Positions 8,957-19,209 are shown, counted from the stretch's first letter. The stretch is DNA of 64,000 bases from Armatimonadota bacterium (GCA_037440005.1 JBBIUY010000006.1:44326-108325), one strand, 5' to 3'. Program-made: numbers and translations. Notes: generated by a model from the letters alone, not told the origin.

Positions 8957-9562
8957 GTGGAGAACCCGGGAGGACCGGTGACCGGACAGGACAGGCCGCA
9001 GGCGGGGCTGAGCCGGGACCAGGCGTGGGACCTGGTCTGCCGGTGGATCCACAACCCCAACCTGCGCAAGCACCTGCTGGCGGTGGAGGCGGCGATGCGG
9101 GAGTACGCGCGCCGGTTCGGGGAGGACGAAGACAGTTGGGGCGTGGTCGGGCTGCTGCACGACCTGGATTACGAGCGCTGTCCGTCCCGGGAGGCCGGAC
9201 ACCCGTTCGTGGGGGTGGAGGAGCTGCGCCGGCTGGGAGTGCCCGAGGAGTGGACCCGGGCGATCGCCGCTCACGCCGACTACTCCGGGATTCCGCGCCA
9301 GACGCCGATGGAGCGGGCGCTGTTCGCCGTGGACGAGCTGGTGGGGTTCATCATCGCCGTGGCCCTGGTGAAGCCGGGCCGGAGCCTGGCCGAGGTGGAC
9401 GTGGAGTCGGTCAAGAGGAAGATGAAGGACAAGGCGTTCGCCCGCGGCGTCAACCGGGACGACCTGGTCCGGGGGGCCGCGGAGCTGGGCCTGTCGCTGG
9501 ACGAGCACATCGCCACGGTCCTGCGGGCGCTGCAGAACGCGGCGGCGTCGCTGGGCCTGTAG
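8957..9562 (+). CDS. HD-domain metal-dependent phosphohydrolase
   Basis: HD-type metal ligands in HNPNLRKHLLAVE, GLLHDLDYERCP and AAHADYSGIP. Confidence 0.7.
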   Translation: MENPGGPVTGQDRPQAGLSRDQAWDLVCRWIHNPNLRKHLLAVEAAMREYARRFGEDEDSWGVVGLLHDLDYERCPSREAGHPFVGVEELRRLGVPEEWTRAIAAHADYSGIPRQTPMERALFAVDELVGFIIAVALVKPGRSLAEVDVESVKRKMKDKAFARGVNRDDLVRGAAELGLSLDEHIATVLRALQNAAASLGL

Positions 9563-9580
9563 CCCGGACGGGAGGACGCC

Positions 9581-11068
9581 ATGGATCCCCGGACAGCACC
9601 GCCTGTGGGCGACATGCCCGCCGAGGAGTTCCGGCGGGCCGGCCACCGGGTGGTGGACTGGATTGCCGACTACCTGGAGCGGGTGGGGGACTACCCGGTC
9701 CTGGCGCGGACCGCGCCGGGGGACATCGTCCGGAGGCTTCCGGCGGTGCCCCCGGCGCAGGGGGAGCCGGTGGAGGCGATCCTGCGGGACGTGGACGAGG
9801 TGATCCTGCCGGGCATCACCCACTGGAACCACCCCGCCTTCTTCGCCTACTTCGCCATCACCGGGTCCGGCCCGGGGATCCTGGGGGAGATGCTGGCGGC
9901 CGCCCTGAACGTCAACGGGATGCTGTGGAAGACGTCGCCGGCGGCCACCGAGCTGGAGGAAGTGGCGCTGGGCTGGCTGCGGCAGATGGTGGGGCTGCCG
10001 GAGGAGTTCGCCGGGATCATCATGGACACCGCGTCGGTGGCCAGCCTGTGCGCTGTGGCGGCCGCCCGGGAGGCGGTGGAGGAATACCCGGTGCGCCTGC
10101 GCGGGATGGCCGGCGGGCCGCGGCTGCGGCTGTACACCTCCGAGCAGGCTCACTCCTCCATCGAGAAGGCCGCCCTGGTTCTGGGGGTGGGCCAGGACGG
10201 CGTGCGCAAGATCCCCACCGACGACGCCTACCGGCTGGACCCTCAGGCGCTGGCGGAGGCGATCGCCGACGACCGCCGGCGGGGGTGGCGCCCGTTCTGC
10301 GTGGTGGCCACCGTCGGGACCACCTCCACCACCAGCATCGACCCGGTGCCCGCCATCGCCGACATCTGCGAGCGCGAGGGGCTGTGGCTGCACGTGGACG
10401 GCGCCTATGCCGGGATGGCGGCGGTGGCCCGCGAATTCCGGTGGGTCCTGGACGGCTGCCACCGCGCCGACTCGGTGGTGATCAACCCCCACAAGTGGCT
10501 GTTCGTGCCCATCGACTGCAGCACGTTTTACTGCCGCCGGCCGGAGGTCCTGCGCCGGGCCTTCAGCCTGGTGCCCGACTACCTGCACACGCCCGAGCGG
10601 GAGCGGGCGGGCGTGCGGGACCTGATGGACTACGGGATCCAGCTGGGCCGCCGCTTCCGGGCCCTGAAGCTGTGGATGGTGATCCGCTACTTCGGCGCCG
10701 AGGGCCTGGCCGCCCGCATCCGGGAGCACGTCGCCCTGGGGCAGCGCTTTGCGGCGTGGGTGGACGCCCACCCGGACTTCGAGCGGATGGCGCCGACGCC
10801 CCTGTCGGTGGTGTGCTTCCGCGCTCACCCGGCGTCGCTGCGCGGGCGGGCGGAGCCCGCGGCCCTGGACGAGCTCAACGCACAGATCCTGGAGGGCGTC
10901 AACGCCACCGGGCGCGCCTACCTGTCCCACACCCGGCTGCGAGGGCGGCTGGCGCTGCGCCTGGCCGTGGGCAACCTCCGCACCACCGAGGAGCACGTGC
11001 GCCGGGCCTGGGAACTGATCCAGGAGGCGGCCGCTGCGGCGGTCCGCCGGGCCGGCCTGCTTCCCTGA
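9581..11068 (+). CDS. PLP-dependent group II (aromatic-L-amino-acid/glutamate-type) decarboxylase
   Basis: 495 aa. HWNHPAFFAYF, the lysine region NPHKWLFVPIDCSTFYC and the overall architecture are typical of DDC/TyrDC-family decarboxylases. Confidence 0.85.
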   Translation: MDPRTAPPVGDMPAEEFRRAGHRVVDWIADYLERVGDYPVLARTAPGDIVRRLPAVPPAQGEPVEAILRDVDEVILPGITHWNHPAFFAYFAITGSGPGILGEMLAAALNVNGMLWKTSPAATELEEVALGWLRQMVGLPEEFAGIIMDTASVASLCAVAAAREAVEEYPVRLRGMAGGPRLRLYTSEQAHSSIEKAALVLGVGQDGVRKIPTDDAYRLDPQALAEAIADDRRRGWRPFCVVATVGTTSTTSIDPVPAIADICEREGLWLHVDGAYAGMAAVAREFRWVLDGCHRADSVVINPHKWLFVPIDCSTFYCRRPEVLRRAFSLVPDYLHTPERERAGVRDLMDYGIQLGRRFRALKLWMVIRYFGAEGLAARIREHVALGQRFAAWVDAHPDFERMAPTPLSVVCFRAHPASLRGRAEPAALDELNAQILEGVNATGRAYLSHTRLRGRLALRLAVGNLRTTEEHVRRAWELIQEAAAAAVRRAGLLP

Positions 11069-11174
11069 CCCGCCCGCACCCGGCGCGGCAGCCGCCCGCG
11101 CGGGCCGCGCCTGAGTCGGCGGCGGAGGATAACCGCGGCAGGTCGTGGAAGGAGGCCCCCGGGCGACTCCCCCC

Positions 11175-11873
11175 ATGATCTTCCGCGACCGCCGGGAAGC
11201 CGGAGCGCAGCTGGCGGCGGCCCTGCAGTCCTACCGGGATCGTCGCCCCTTCGTGCTGGCGGTGCCGCGGGGCGGCGTGGTGGTGGGCTACCAGGTGGCC
11301 GTCGCGCTGGACGCCCCTCTGGACGTGGTGGTGCCCCGCAAGCTGCGGGCCCCGTTCAATCCGGAGCTGGCCATCGGCGCCGTGGCCCACGACGGCTCGG
11401 TGTACCTGGACGAGGGGCTGGTGCGGACCCTGGGGGTGGGCGACGACTACCTCCGGGAGGAGATCGCCCATCAGACCGAGGAGATTCGCCGGCGCATGCA
11501 GGCCTACCGGGGCGAGCGGCCCATGCCCGACCTGTCGGGCGCCACGGCGATCGTCGCCGACGACGGCGTGGCCACCGGCGCCACCATGATCGCCGCCCTG
11601 CGGGCGGTGCGGGCCCTGGGGCCCCAGGCGGTGGTGGCGGCGGTTCCGGTGGCCCCTCCGGAGACGGTGGAGCGGCTGCGGGGCGAGGCCGACGACGTGG
11701 TGTGCCTGCACACCCCCGTCATGTTCTACGCCGTGGGCCAGTTCTACGAGGACTTCTCCCAGACCACCGACGAGGAAGTGGTCGCCCTCCTGCGCGCCCG
11801 CGCCGCCCCGGGCCCCGGCGACCTGGCCGCCCGTCCGGGCGGGCGGGACGCCGGGCCGGACCGGGGGTCCTGA
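11175..11873 (+). CDS. Phosphoribosyltransferase-fold protein (predicted PRTase)
   Basis: PRPP-binding loop AIVADDGVATGATMIAA. Likely start MIFRDRREAG. Confidence 0.7.
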   Translation: MIFRDRREAGAQLAAALQSYRDRRPFVLAVPRGGVVVGYQVAVALDAPLDVVVPRKLRAPFNPELAIGAVAHDGSVYLDEGLVRTLGVGDDYLREEIAHQTEEIRRRMQAYRGERPMPDLSGATAIVADDGVATGATMIAALRAVRALGPQAVVAAVPVAPPETVERLRGEADDVVCLHTPVMFYAVGQFYEDFSQTTDEEVVALLRARAAPGPGDLAARPGGRDAGPDRGS

Positions 11874-11901
11874 GGGTGCCGCTCCCGCGCGCCCTGCGGA
11901 T

Positions 11902-12999
11902 ATGGCCGTGGCCGGGTTGAAGAGGACCAGCCTGCACGCCGCCCACCTGGCCGCCGGGGCGCGCATGGTGGAGTTTGCCGGGTGGGAGATGCCGGTGCAG
12001 TACGCCGGCATCGTCCCCGAGCACCGGACGGTGCGGACCGCCGCCGGATTGTTCGACGTCTCCCACATGGGCGAGATCGAGATCGCCGGCCCAGGGGCTC
12101 TGGAGTCGGTGCAGCGGCTGATCACCAACGACGCCAGCCGTCTGGCGGTGGGCCAGGGGCTGTACACGCCCATGTGCGCGCCCACCGGAGGCATCCTGGA
12201 CGACCTGACGGTGTTCCGGCTGGGCGTGGACCGCTTCCTGCTGGTGGTGAATGCCAGCCGCACCGACGCCGACTTCGCCTGGGTCGCCGAGCACACGCAC
12301 CAGGCCACCGCCCGCAACCGGTCGGCGGACCTGGCGTTGCTGGCCCTGCAGGGCCCCCGGGCGGCGGCGGTGCTGCAGCGCCTGGTCCGGGCCGACCTGG
12401 CCGATCTGCGGTTCTTCCACCTGCTGGACGGGGTGGACGTGGCCGGGGTGACGTGCCTGGTCTCCCGCACGGGCTACACCGGCGAGGACGGGTTCGAGAT
12501 CGCCTGCGCCTGGGAGGAGGCCCCGCGCCTGTGGGGCGCCCTGCTGGACGCCGGGCGGTCCGAGGGCCTGGTGCCGGCCGGACTGGGAGCGCGGGACACC
12601 CTGCGGATGGAGGCCGGCTACATGCTGTACGGCCAGGACATCGACGAGACCACCACTCCCCTGGAGGCTCCTCTGGCCTGGACGGTTAAGTTTGACAAGG
12701 GAGAGTTCATCGGCCGGCAGGCTCTGTGGGCCCAGAAAGAGCAGGGGGTGCGGCGGCGGCTGGTGGGGTTTGAGGTGCGCGACCGGGTCATCACCCGCCC
12801 CGGCTGCCTTCTGTGGGCTGGCGGCCGGCCGGTGGGGCGCGTGACCAGCGGCACCTTCGGCCCGTGGGTGGGCAAGAGCATCGGCCTGGGGTACGTGGAG
12901 ACGGACTGGGCGTCGCCCGGCACGACCCTGGAGGTGGAGGTGCGGGGGCGGAGGGTGGATGCGGTGGTGACCAGGCTTCCGTTCTACCGGAGGAGGTGA
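11902..12999 (+). CDS. gcvT: Glycine cleavage system T protein (aminomethyltransferase)
   Basis: 365 aa with GWEMPVQY...GLFDVSHMGEIEIAG, the GcvT signature. Confidence 0.92.
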   Translation: MAVAGLKRTSLHAAHLAAGARMVEFAGWEMPVQYAGIVPEHRTVRTAAGLFDVSHMGEIEIAGPGALESVQRLITNDASRLAVGQGLYTPMCAPTGGILDDLTVFRLGVDRFLLVVNASRTDADFAWVAEHTHQATARNRSADLALLALQGPRAAAVLQRLVRADLADLRFFHLLDGVDVAGVTCLVSRTGYTGEDGFEIACAWEEAPRLWGALLDAGRSEGLVPAGLGARDTLRMEAGYMLYGQDIDETTTPLEAPLAWTVKFDKGEFIGRQALWAQKEQGVRRRLVGFEVRDRVITRPGCLLWAGGRPVGRVTSGTFGPWVGKSIGLGYVETDWASPGTTLEVEVRGRRVDAVVTRLPFYRRR

Positions 13000-13003
13000 C
13001 ACG

Positions 13004-13405
13004 CTGGACAGGGACGAGCGGTTCCCCCCGGATCTGCGGTATTCCACCGAGCACGAGTGGGCCCGGGTGGAGGACGGGCGGGTGCGGGTGGGCATCACCC
13101 GGCACGCCGCCGACCGGCTCACCGACATCGTCTACGTGGAGCTGCCGCCTCCCGGGACCCGGGTCTTTTTCATGCAGCCGTTTGGCGTCATCGAATCGGT
13201 CAAGGCGGCGTCGGACCTGTACGCCCCCGTCAGCGGCACCGTCGTGGAGGTCAACGGGGTCCTGCGGGAGCGGCCCGAGGTGGTCAACGCCGACCCGTAC
13301 GGCGAGGGGTGGATGATCGTGGTGGCCCCCGACGACCTGCGGGAGCTGGACCGGCTGCTCAGCGCCGACGACTACGCCCGGCTGGTGGGCGAGGAGGAGA
13401 GATGA
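13004..13405 (+). CDS. gcvH: Glycine cleavage system H protein; non-canonical or uncertain start
   Basis: [23 protein letters not shown] and the lipoyl-lysine region [16 protein letters not shown]. The frame is open back to the gcvT stop with no ATG, GTG or TTG; a CTG at 13004 is the only candidate. Confidence 0.8.
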   Translation: MDRDERFPPDLRYSTEHEWARVEDGRVRVGITRHAADRLTDIVYVELPPPGTRVFFMQPFGVIESVKAASDLYAPVSGTVVEVNGVLRERPEVVNADPYGEGWMIVVAPDDLRELDRLLSADDYARLVGEEER

Positions 13406-14775
13406 CCGGACAGCGCGCCCCGCGCCGGCAGCACAAGTACATCCCGGCCACCGACGCCGAGCGGGAGGAGATGCTGCGGGCCGTCGGCGTGGCCTCGGTG
13501 GAGGACCTGTTCGCCGACGTCCCGCCCCCTGTGCGGCTGAGGCGGCCCCTGGACCTGCCGCCCCCCCTCAGCGACCCCGAGCTGGTGTCGGCGGTGCGGG
13601 CCCTGGCCGAGGACACCCTGCACGCCGACCGGGTGGCCTGCTTTCTGGGCGCCGGCGCCTACGACCACTACGTCCCCAGCGTGGTCTGGCACCTGGCCGG
13701 CCGGGCGGAGTTTCTCACCGCCTACACGCCCTACCAGGCGGAGATCATGCAGGGGGCGCTGCAGGCCGCCTACGAGTACCAGACCATGCTGTGCGAGCTC
13801 ACCGGGATGGACGTGGCCAACGCCTCCATGTACGACGGGGCGTCGGCCACCGCCGAGGCGGCCGTCATGGCCCGGGACCTGACCCGGCGGGACCGGGTCA
13901 TGGTGAGCCGGTCGGTGCATCCCGAGTACCGGCAGGTGCTGCGCACCTACACCGAGCCCCTGGGGGTGGAGGTGGTGGAGGTGCCCTGGCGGGACGGGGT
14001 CACCGACCTAGAGGCGGCCGACGCCCTCCTGGACGGCCGCACCGCCGCGGTGGTCGTCCAGCACCCCAACGTCTTCGGGTGCCTGGAGGACGGCCCCGCC
14101 CTGGCCGAGCTGGCCCACCGCAAGGGCGCGCTGCTGGTGTGCGCGGTGGCCGAGCCCGTCTCTTTGGGAGTGCTGCGGCCTCCGGGAGCCTGGGGCGCCG
14201 ACATCGTGGCCGGGGAGGGCCAGCCTCTGGGCAACCACCTGAACTTCGGAGGGCCCTTCTTGGGCATGCTGGCCACCCGGCAGGAGTTCGTGCGGCGGAT
14301 GCCCGGCCGGCTGGTGGGCGCCACGGTGGACGCCGATGGGCGGCGCGGGTTCGTGCTCACCCTGCAGACGCGGGAGCAGCACATCCGGCGGGAGAAGGCC
14401 ACCAGCAACATCTGCACCAACGAGGCGCTGCTGGCGCTGGCGGCCGCCGTGTACATGGCGGCGTTGGGGCCCCGGGGGCTGCGGGCGGTGGCGGAGCTCA
14501 ACCTCCAGAAGGCCGCCTACGCCCGGGAGGCGGTGGGACGGTTGCCCGGGTACCGCCTGGCGTTTGCGGCTCCGACGTTCAACGAGTTCGTGGTGCGCAC
14601 CCCGCTGCCGCCCGAGGAGGTCAACCGGCGGCTGCTGGCCCACCGCATCCTGGGGGGCGCGCCCCTGGGCCGGTGGTACCCGGAGCTCCCGAACGGGTGG
14701 CTGGTGTGCGTGACCGAGCAGCGCACCCGGTCGGAGATCGACGCCCTCGTGTCGGCGCTGGAGGCGATCCGATGA
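13402..14775 (+). CDS. gcvPA: Glycine dehydrogenase (decarboxylating) subunit 1
   Basis: Begins [30 protein letters not shown]. The ATG overlaps the gcvH stop as ATGA. Confidence 0.92.
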   Translation: MTGQRAPRRQHKYIPATDAEREEMLRAVGVASVEDLFADVPPPVRLRRPLDLPPPLSDPELVSAVRALAEDTLHADRVACFLGAGAYDHYVPSVVWHLAGRAEFLTAYTPYQAEIMQGALQAAYEYQTMLCELTGMDVANASMYDGASATAEAAVMARDLTRRDRVMVSRSVHPEYRQVLRTYTEPLGVEVVEVPWRDGVTDLEAADALLDGRTAAVVVQHPNVFGCLEDGPALAELAHRKGALLVCAVAEPVSLGVLRPPGAWGADIVAGEGQPLGNHLNFGGPFLGMLATRQEFVRRMPGRLVGATVDADGRRGFVLTLQTREQHIRREKATSNICTNEALLALAAAVYMAALGPRGLRAVAELNLQKAAYAREAVGRLPGYRLAFAAPTFNEFVVRTPLPPEEVNRRLLAHRILGGAPLGRWYPELPNGWLVCVTEQRTRSEIDALVSALEAIR

Positions 14776-16253
14776 GCGGGCCGGATCCGCGGCGGGGGCG
14801 CGACGTCCCGCTGATCTTCGAGCTCAGCACCCCGGGGCGGGTGGGCTGCTCGGTCCCCGACCCCGACGTGCCGGTGCGGGCCCTGGAGGAGCTGGTGCCG
14901 CGGGATCTGCTGCGGGAGGACCCGCCGGCGCTGCCCGAGGTCAGCGAGCTGGACGTGGTGCGCCACTACACCCGGCTGTCCCACCGCACCTTCAGCATCG
15001 ACGAGGGCATGTACCCTCTGGGCTCGTGCACCATGAAGTACAACCCCAAGATCCACGAGGACCTGGCCCGGCTGCCGGGCTTTTCCCGGCTGCACCCCTA
15101 CACCCCCGCCGAGCACGCCCAGGGCGCGCTGCGCCTGATGTGGGAGCTGGAGCGGCTGCTGGCCGAGATCAGCGGGATGGACCGGGTGACCTTTCAGCCG
15201 GCGGCCGGCGCCCACGGGGAGCTGGTGGGCCTGCTGATGATCCGCGCCTACTTCCGCGCCCGGGGGGAGGTCCGCACCCGGGTGATCGTCCCCGACTCAG
15301 CCCACGGCACCAACCCGGCCACCGCCGCCATGTGCGGGTACCAGGTGGTCACCGTGCGCAGCGACAGCCGGGGCAACCTGGACGTGGGGGCCCTGCGGGA
15401 CGCCATGGACGAGTCGGTGGCCGCCCTGATGCTTACCAACCCCAACACCCTGGGCCTGTTCGAGGAACGCATCCTGGAGATCGCCGAGGTGGTGCACGGC
15501 CGGGGAGGCCAGATGTACCTGGACGGGGCCAACTTCAACGCCATGCTGGGCGTCACCCGCCCGGGGGACCAGGGGTTTGACGTGATGCACATCAACCTGC
15601 ACAAGACCTTCTCCACCCCCCACGGCGGCGGCGGCCCCGGGGCCGGCGCCGTGGGGGTGAAGGCCCACCTGGTCCCCTTCCTGCCGGTGCCCACGGTGGA
15701 GCGCCGCGGTGACGGGTTCGTGCTGGACTACGACCGCCCGCAGTCCATCGGCAAGGTGCGGGCGTTTTACGGCAACTTCGCCAACCTGGTGCGGGCGTAC
15801 GCCTACATCCGGTCCCTGGGCGCCGAGGGCCTCAGGCAGGTGGCCGAGACCGCCGTCCTCAACGCCAACTACCTGCTGGCCCGGCTGCGGGAGCACTTCG
15901 ACGTGCCCTACCCCCGCCTGTGCAAGCACGAGTTCGTCCTGTCGGGGGCGCGGCAGAGGAAGCTGTACGGTGTGACCACCAGGGACATGGCCAAGCGCAT
16001 CCTGGACTACGGCTTCCACGCACCCACCGTGTACTTCCCCCTGATCGTGGACGAGGCCATCATGATCGAGCCCACCGAGACCGAGAGCAAACGGACCCTG
16101 GACGAGTTCACCGACGCCCTGGCGGCCGTCGCCCGGGAAGCCCGGGACGCCCCCGACGTGGTCCGCACCGCCCCCCACACCACCCCCGTCCGGCGGCTGG
16201 ACGAGGTGCGGGCGGCGCGACAGCCGGACCTGCGCTGGAGGCCCCGGCGCTAG
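14772..16253 (+). CDS. gcvPB: Glycine dehydrogenase (decarboxylating) subunit 2
   Basis: PLP region SAHGTNPA and lysine motif [16 protein letters not shown]. The start overlaps the gcvPA stop as ATGA. Confidence 0.92.
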   Translation: MSGPDPRRGRDVPLIFELSTPGRVGCSVPDPDVPVRALEELVPRDLLREDPPALPEVSELDVVRHYTRLSHRTFSIDEGMYPLGSCTMKYNPKIHEDLARLPGFSRLHPYTPAEHAQGALRLMWELERLLAEISGMDRVTFQPAAGAHGELVGLLMIRAYFRARGEVRTRVIVPDSAHGTNPATAAMCGYQVVTVRSDSRGNLDVGALRDAMDESVAALMLTNPNTLGLFEERILEIAEVVHGRGGQMYLDGANFNAMLGVTRPGDQGFDVMHINLHKTFSTPHGGGGPGAGAVGVKAHLVPFLPVPTVERRGDGFVLDYDRPQSIGKVRAFYGNFANLVRAYAYIRSLGAEGLRQVAETAVLNANYLLARLREHFDVPYPRLCKHEFVLSGARQRKLYGVTTRDMAKRILDYGFHAPTVYFPLIVDEAIMIEPTETESKRTLDEFTDALAAVAREARDAPDVVRTAPHTTPVRRLDEVRAARQPDLRWRPRR

Positions 16254-16259
16254 AAGGCG

Positions 16260-17195
16260 ATGGCCGCGTCTTTGCCCGTCAGCCTGGCCGACGTTGAGGC
16301 CGCCAGGGAGCGCATCGTCCCCTTCGTGCGGCAGACCCCCCTGCACCCCCTGGGTGATGGCCTGCTGCTGAAGCTGGAGAACCTGCAGGTGACCGGGTCG
16401 TTTAAGGCCCGGGGGGCGTTCAACCACGTCCTGGCCCGGCGGGAGGAGTGCGCGGCGGGGGTGATCACCGCCTCCTCGGGCAACCACGGCACGGCGGTGG
16501 CCCACGTGGCCCGGGCGCTGGGCCTGCCGGCGGTGGTGGTGGTCCCCGAGGACGTGGCCGCGGTGAAGGCGCAGGCCATCCAGGCCGCGGGGGCGGAGCT
16601 GGTGCGGCGGGGCCGGTTTTCCCAGGAGCGGCTGGCGCTGGCCCGGGAACTGGCCGAACGCCGGGGCCTGCACTACGTTCCCCCGTTCGACGACCCGCTG
16701 GTCATCGCCGGCCAGGGCACGGCAGGGCTGGAGATCGTCCGGCAGCGCCCCGACGTGGAGGCGGTCTACGTGCCCTGTAGCGGCGGAGGCCTGCTGTCGG
16801 GGATCGCGGTGGCGGTAAAGGCGCTGCGCCCCCGGGCCCGGGTGGTCGGGGTGGAGCCCCAGGGGGCCGACAGGTTCCGGCGGTCCCGGCTGGCCGGCCG
16901 GCCGGTGGCCCTCGAGGCGGCGCAGACCATCGCCGACGGCCTGCGGGTGCTCTCTCCCGGAATCCTGACCTGGCAGATCGCCGAGCAGCTCGTGGACGAC
17001 TTCGTCACCGTCTCCGACGGGCAGATCGTGGCGGCGGCCCGCCGCCTGCTGGAGGAGGCGAAGGTGGTGGCCGAGCCGTCCGGGGCGGCCGCAGTGGCCG
17101 CAGCCCTGGCCGCGGCCCGCCAGGGGTCGGCGGTGGTGGCCGTGGTGAGCGGGGGGAACGCAGACCGGGAGTTTCTGAGGCTGCTGATCTCGTAG
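16260..17195 (+). CDS. PLP-dependent (fold-type II) serine/threonine dehydratase-like enzyme
   Basis: PLP-lysine motif TGSFKARGA and the glycine-rich loop SSGNHG. It lies immediately after the gcv operon. Confidence 0.75.
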   Translation: MAASLPVSLADVEAARERIVPFVRQTPLHPLGDGLLLKLENLQVTGSFKARGAFNHVLARREECAAGVITASSGNHGTAVAHVARALGLPAVVVVPEDVAAVKAQAIQAAGAELVRRGRFSQERLALARELAERRGLHYVPPFDDPLVIAGQGTAGLEIVRQRPDVEAVYVPCSGGGLLSGIAVAVKALRPRARVVGVEPQGADRFRRSRLAGRPVALEAAQTIADGLRVLSPGILTWQIAEQLVDDFVTVSDGQIVAAARRLLEEAKVVAEPSGAAAVAAALAAARQGSAVVAVVSGGNADREFLRLLIS

Positions 17196-17230
17196 CCGGG
17201 CCACCGGGAGTTCTTCAAGCCGCCCCCCTA

Positions 17231-17285
17231 CGTACCTGTGTTCGTCACTTTGGGTCTTGAAAGTCGTACATATGTTCGCTATAAT
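17231..17285 (+). promoter_or_regulatory. lexA promoter: two tandem Cheo-type SOS boxes and a sigma-A -35/-10 pair
   Basis: Boxes cgtacctgtgttcg (17231..17244) and cgtacatatgttcg (17265..17278). The -35 ttgaaa is at 17257..17262 and the -10 tataat at 17280..17285, spaced 17 bp. Each box is one mismatch from CGAACRNRYGTTCG. Confidence 0.7.
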
Positions 17286-17307
17286 CTCTGCCGGAGGTGA
17301 GACTGGC

Positions 17308-17937
17308 ATGGCCGCCCCTCTGACCGACCGGCAGCGGCAGGTTCTGGAGTACATCGCGTCCTCCATCCGCCAGACCGGCATCGTTCCCTCCGTGCGGGAG
17401 ATCGGCCAGGCCCTGGGTATGCGTTCGCCCTCCACGGTGCACCAGCACCTGACGGCCCTGGAGCGCAAAGGGTACATCCGGCGCCACGGCGACCGCATGC
17501 GGGTGCTGGAGGTGCTGGACAGGCGCCTGCTGCCGTCGGGGGAAGATGTCGCCCACCTGCCGCTGGTGGGCCGGGTGTCGGCCGGTCTGCCGGTGCTGGC
17601 CCAGGAGAACGTGGAGGAGATGATCCCCGTCCCCCGCCGGATGGTCGGCTGGCAGGACGACAACTGCTTTCTGCTGACGGTGCGGGGAGACAGCATGGCC
17701 GGCGCCGGGATCTTCGACGGGGACATGGTCATCGTCCGCTCGCAACCCACGGCGGCGGTGGGAGACGTGGTCGTCGCCCTGATCGGAGAGGAGGCCACCG
17801 TCAAGCGCCTGGCCGCCGAGGGCGGCCGGATGTACCTGAAGCCGGAGAACCCCGCCTACCCGCCGATCCGGGACGAGTTCGAGATCATCGGCAAGGTGGT
17901 CGGCCTGCTGCGCCGGTACGCCGGAGGCACCGGATGA
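17308..17937 (+). CDS. lexA: LexA repressor (SOS regulator, S24 peptidase)
   Basis: N-terminal wHTH QRQVLEYIASSIRQTGIVPSVREIGQALGMRS. Ser/Lys catalytic region VRGDSMAGAGIFDGDMV...ATVKRL. Confidence 0.92.
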   Translation: MAAPLTDRQRQVLEYIASSIRQTGIVPSVREIGQALGMRSPSTVHQHLTALERKGYIRRHGDRMRVLEVLDRRLLPSGEDVAHLPLVGRVSAGLPVLAQENVEEMIPVPRRMVGWQDDNCFLLTVRGDSMAGAGIFDGDMVIVRSQPTAAVGDVVVALIGEEATVKRLAAEGGRMYLKPENPAYPPIRDEFEIIGKVVGLLRRYAGGTG

Positions 17938-18137
17938 GCGTCTCCCTCCGCTGGCAGCCGCCCGCCCCTCCCGCAGCCGTCCGTCCTCCCGCCCGCGCGC
18001 TCCGGATGCGGGCCGCGGCGGCCGGGTGGTGGGCCAGGCTGGCCGATGACCGGGAGATGGTGGGGCTGAAACTGGTGCTGCTGGCGGTCGTGCTGGCCCT
18101 GGCGCTGACCTGGGAGGTGCCGGGGTGGGCCCCGTGA
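17934..18137 (+). CDS. Small single-pass membrane protein (67 aa) co-transcribed with lexA; hypothetical
   Basis: Start overlaps the lexA stop by 4 nt. It contains one hydrophobic helix, LKLVLLAVVLALALTW. Confidence 0.35.
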   Translation: MSVSLRWQPPAPPAAVRPPARALRMRAAAAGWWARLADDREMVGLKLVLLAVVLALALTWEVPGWAP

Positions 18138-18583
18138 TCATGACGGAGGTGGAGGTGGCGTCCGTCGCCGCCGGGGGCCGCGCGGCGGCGGGGGTGGTCA
18201 TCCGGGCTCCCGACGGGACTCCGCTGGCGGTCCTGGGACGGGTGGAGACGGCGGGATCCCGGCAGGGGGCGGTGTACCGGGGAGTGCTGGCGGGACTGCT
18301 GCGGGCGCGGCGGCTGGGCGCCCGGGCGGTGCGCGTGCTGCTGGACAGTCCGGAGGTGCACGCCCAGCTGTCCGGGGGCGCGGACATTCCTCCCGACCTG
18401 ATCGGCCCCTACCTCCAGGCCCGGGCCCTGTTCAACGCTTACCGGCGCCGCGAGGTGCGCTGCCTGGACGGCGGGTCCAGCGCCCTGGCCCTGGAGGCCG
18501 CCCGCCGGGCGCTGGCCTCCTGCGGGGAGGACACCGACGAAGACGACGAAGCCCTCCCCCTGTGGCGGGCCGCCTCCGGGTGA
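18125..18583 (+). CDS. RNase H-like (RVT_3-type) domain protein
   Basis: VVIRAPDGTPLAVLGRVETAGSRQGAVYRGVLAGLLRARRLGARAVRVLLDSPEVHAQLSG matches the RNase HI-like fold pattern. The start is uncertain. Confidence 0.5.
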   Translation: MGPVIMTEVEVASVAAGGRAAAGVVIRAPDGTPLAVLGRVETAGSRQGAVYRGVLAGLLRARRLGARAVRVLLDSPEVHAQLSGGADIPPDLIGPYLQARALFNAYRRREVRCLDGGSSALALEAARRALASCGEDTDEDDEALPLWRAASG

Positions 18584-18614
18584 AGGACAGGCCCCGCGCC
18601 GGTGGAACCCTGGG

Positions 18615-19148
18615 GTGAAGGTTTTCCCGCCCATGGAGGACACCGGCGTCGAGCAGCTGCTGGCGGAAGGCGACCGCCTGCTGCGGTCCGGCGACTTTGC
18701 CGCGGCCGAGGCGGCCTTCGCCCGCGCCCTCGCCCTGGCCCCCGACTCCGCGGTGACGTACAGCAAGCTGGGCGCGGCCCTGGCCCAGCAGGGGCGCCTG
18801 GACGAGGCCCTGGACGCGCTGTCCAGGGCCGTCGCGCTGCAGCCCACCTACGCGCCGGCCTACAACAACCTGGGCAACGTCTACCGCGAGAAAGGGATGG
18901 TCGAGCAGGCCCTGGCTGCGTACCGGCGCGCCGTGGAGCTGGACCCGGACTACTGGCTGGCCCACCAGAACCTGGGCGCCCTGTACCGGCGGATGGGGCG
19001 GTTCGACGACGCCGTCCGCCACTTCAAGATCGCCCACCGCCTGTCGCTGCGCCGCCCGCCCGGGCCGTCCGCCGGACCCGCCCGGCCGGGCTGCCTACCG
19101 GTGGTGGTGGCCGTCGTGGCGCTGGCGGCGGCCGTCGCGTTGAGATGA
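18615..19148 (+). CDS. TPR-repeat protein with C-terminal membrane anchor
   Basis: Three or four TPR units of the form AxYxNLGxxYxxxGxxxxAxxxYxxAxxLxP, then a hydrophobic tail LPVVVAVVALAAAVAL. Confidence 0.7.
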   Translation: MKVFPPMEDTGVEQLLAEGDRLLRSGDFAAAEAAFARALALAPDSAVTYSKLGAALAQQGRLDEALDALSRAVALQPTYAPAYNNLGNVYREKGMVEQALAAYRRAVELDPDYWLAHQNLGALYRRMGRFDDAVRHFKIAHRLSLRRPPGPSAGPARPGCLPVVVAVVALAAAVALR

Positions 19149-19209
19149 GCGCGCGCCCCGCCGGCACCCCGGTGCGTCCCGTCGCGGAGGGCGCCGGCCG
19201 CAGGAGGGC

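Noticed and set aside
11800-11901. Glycine riboswitch upstream of gcvT
   Set aside because: Only 28 nt separate the upstream gene from gcvT. No GGAGAG...CACCG-type conserved cores were seen in the preceding 150 nt. Regulation presumably differs from Bacillus.
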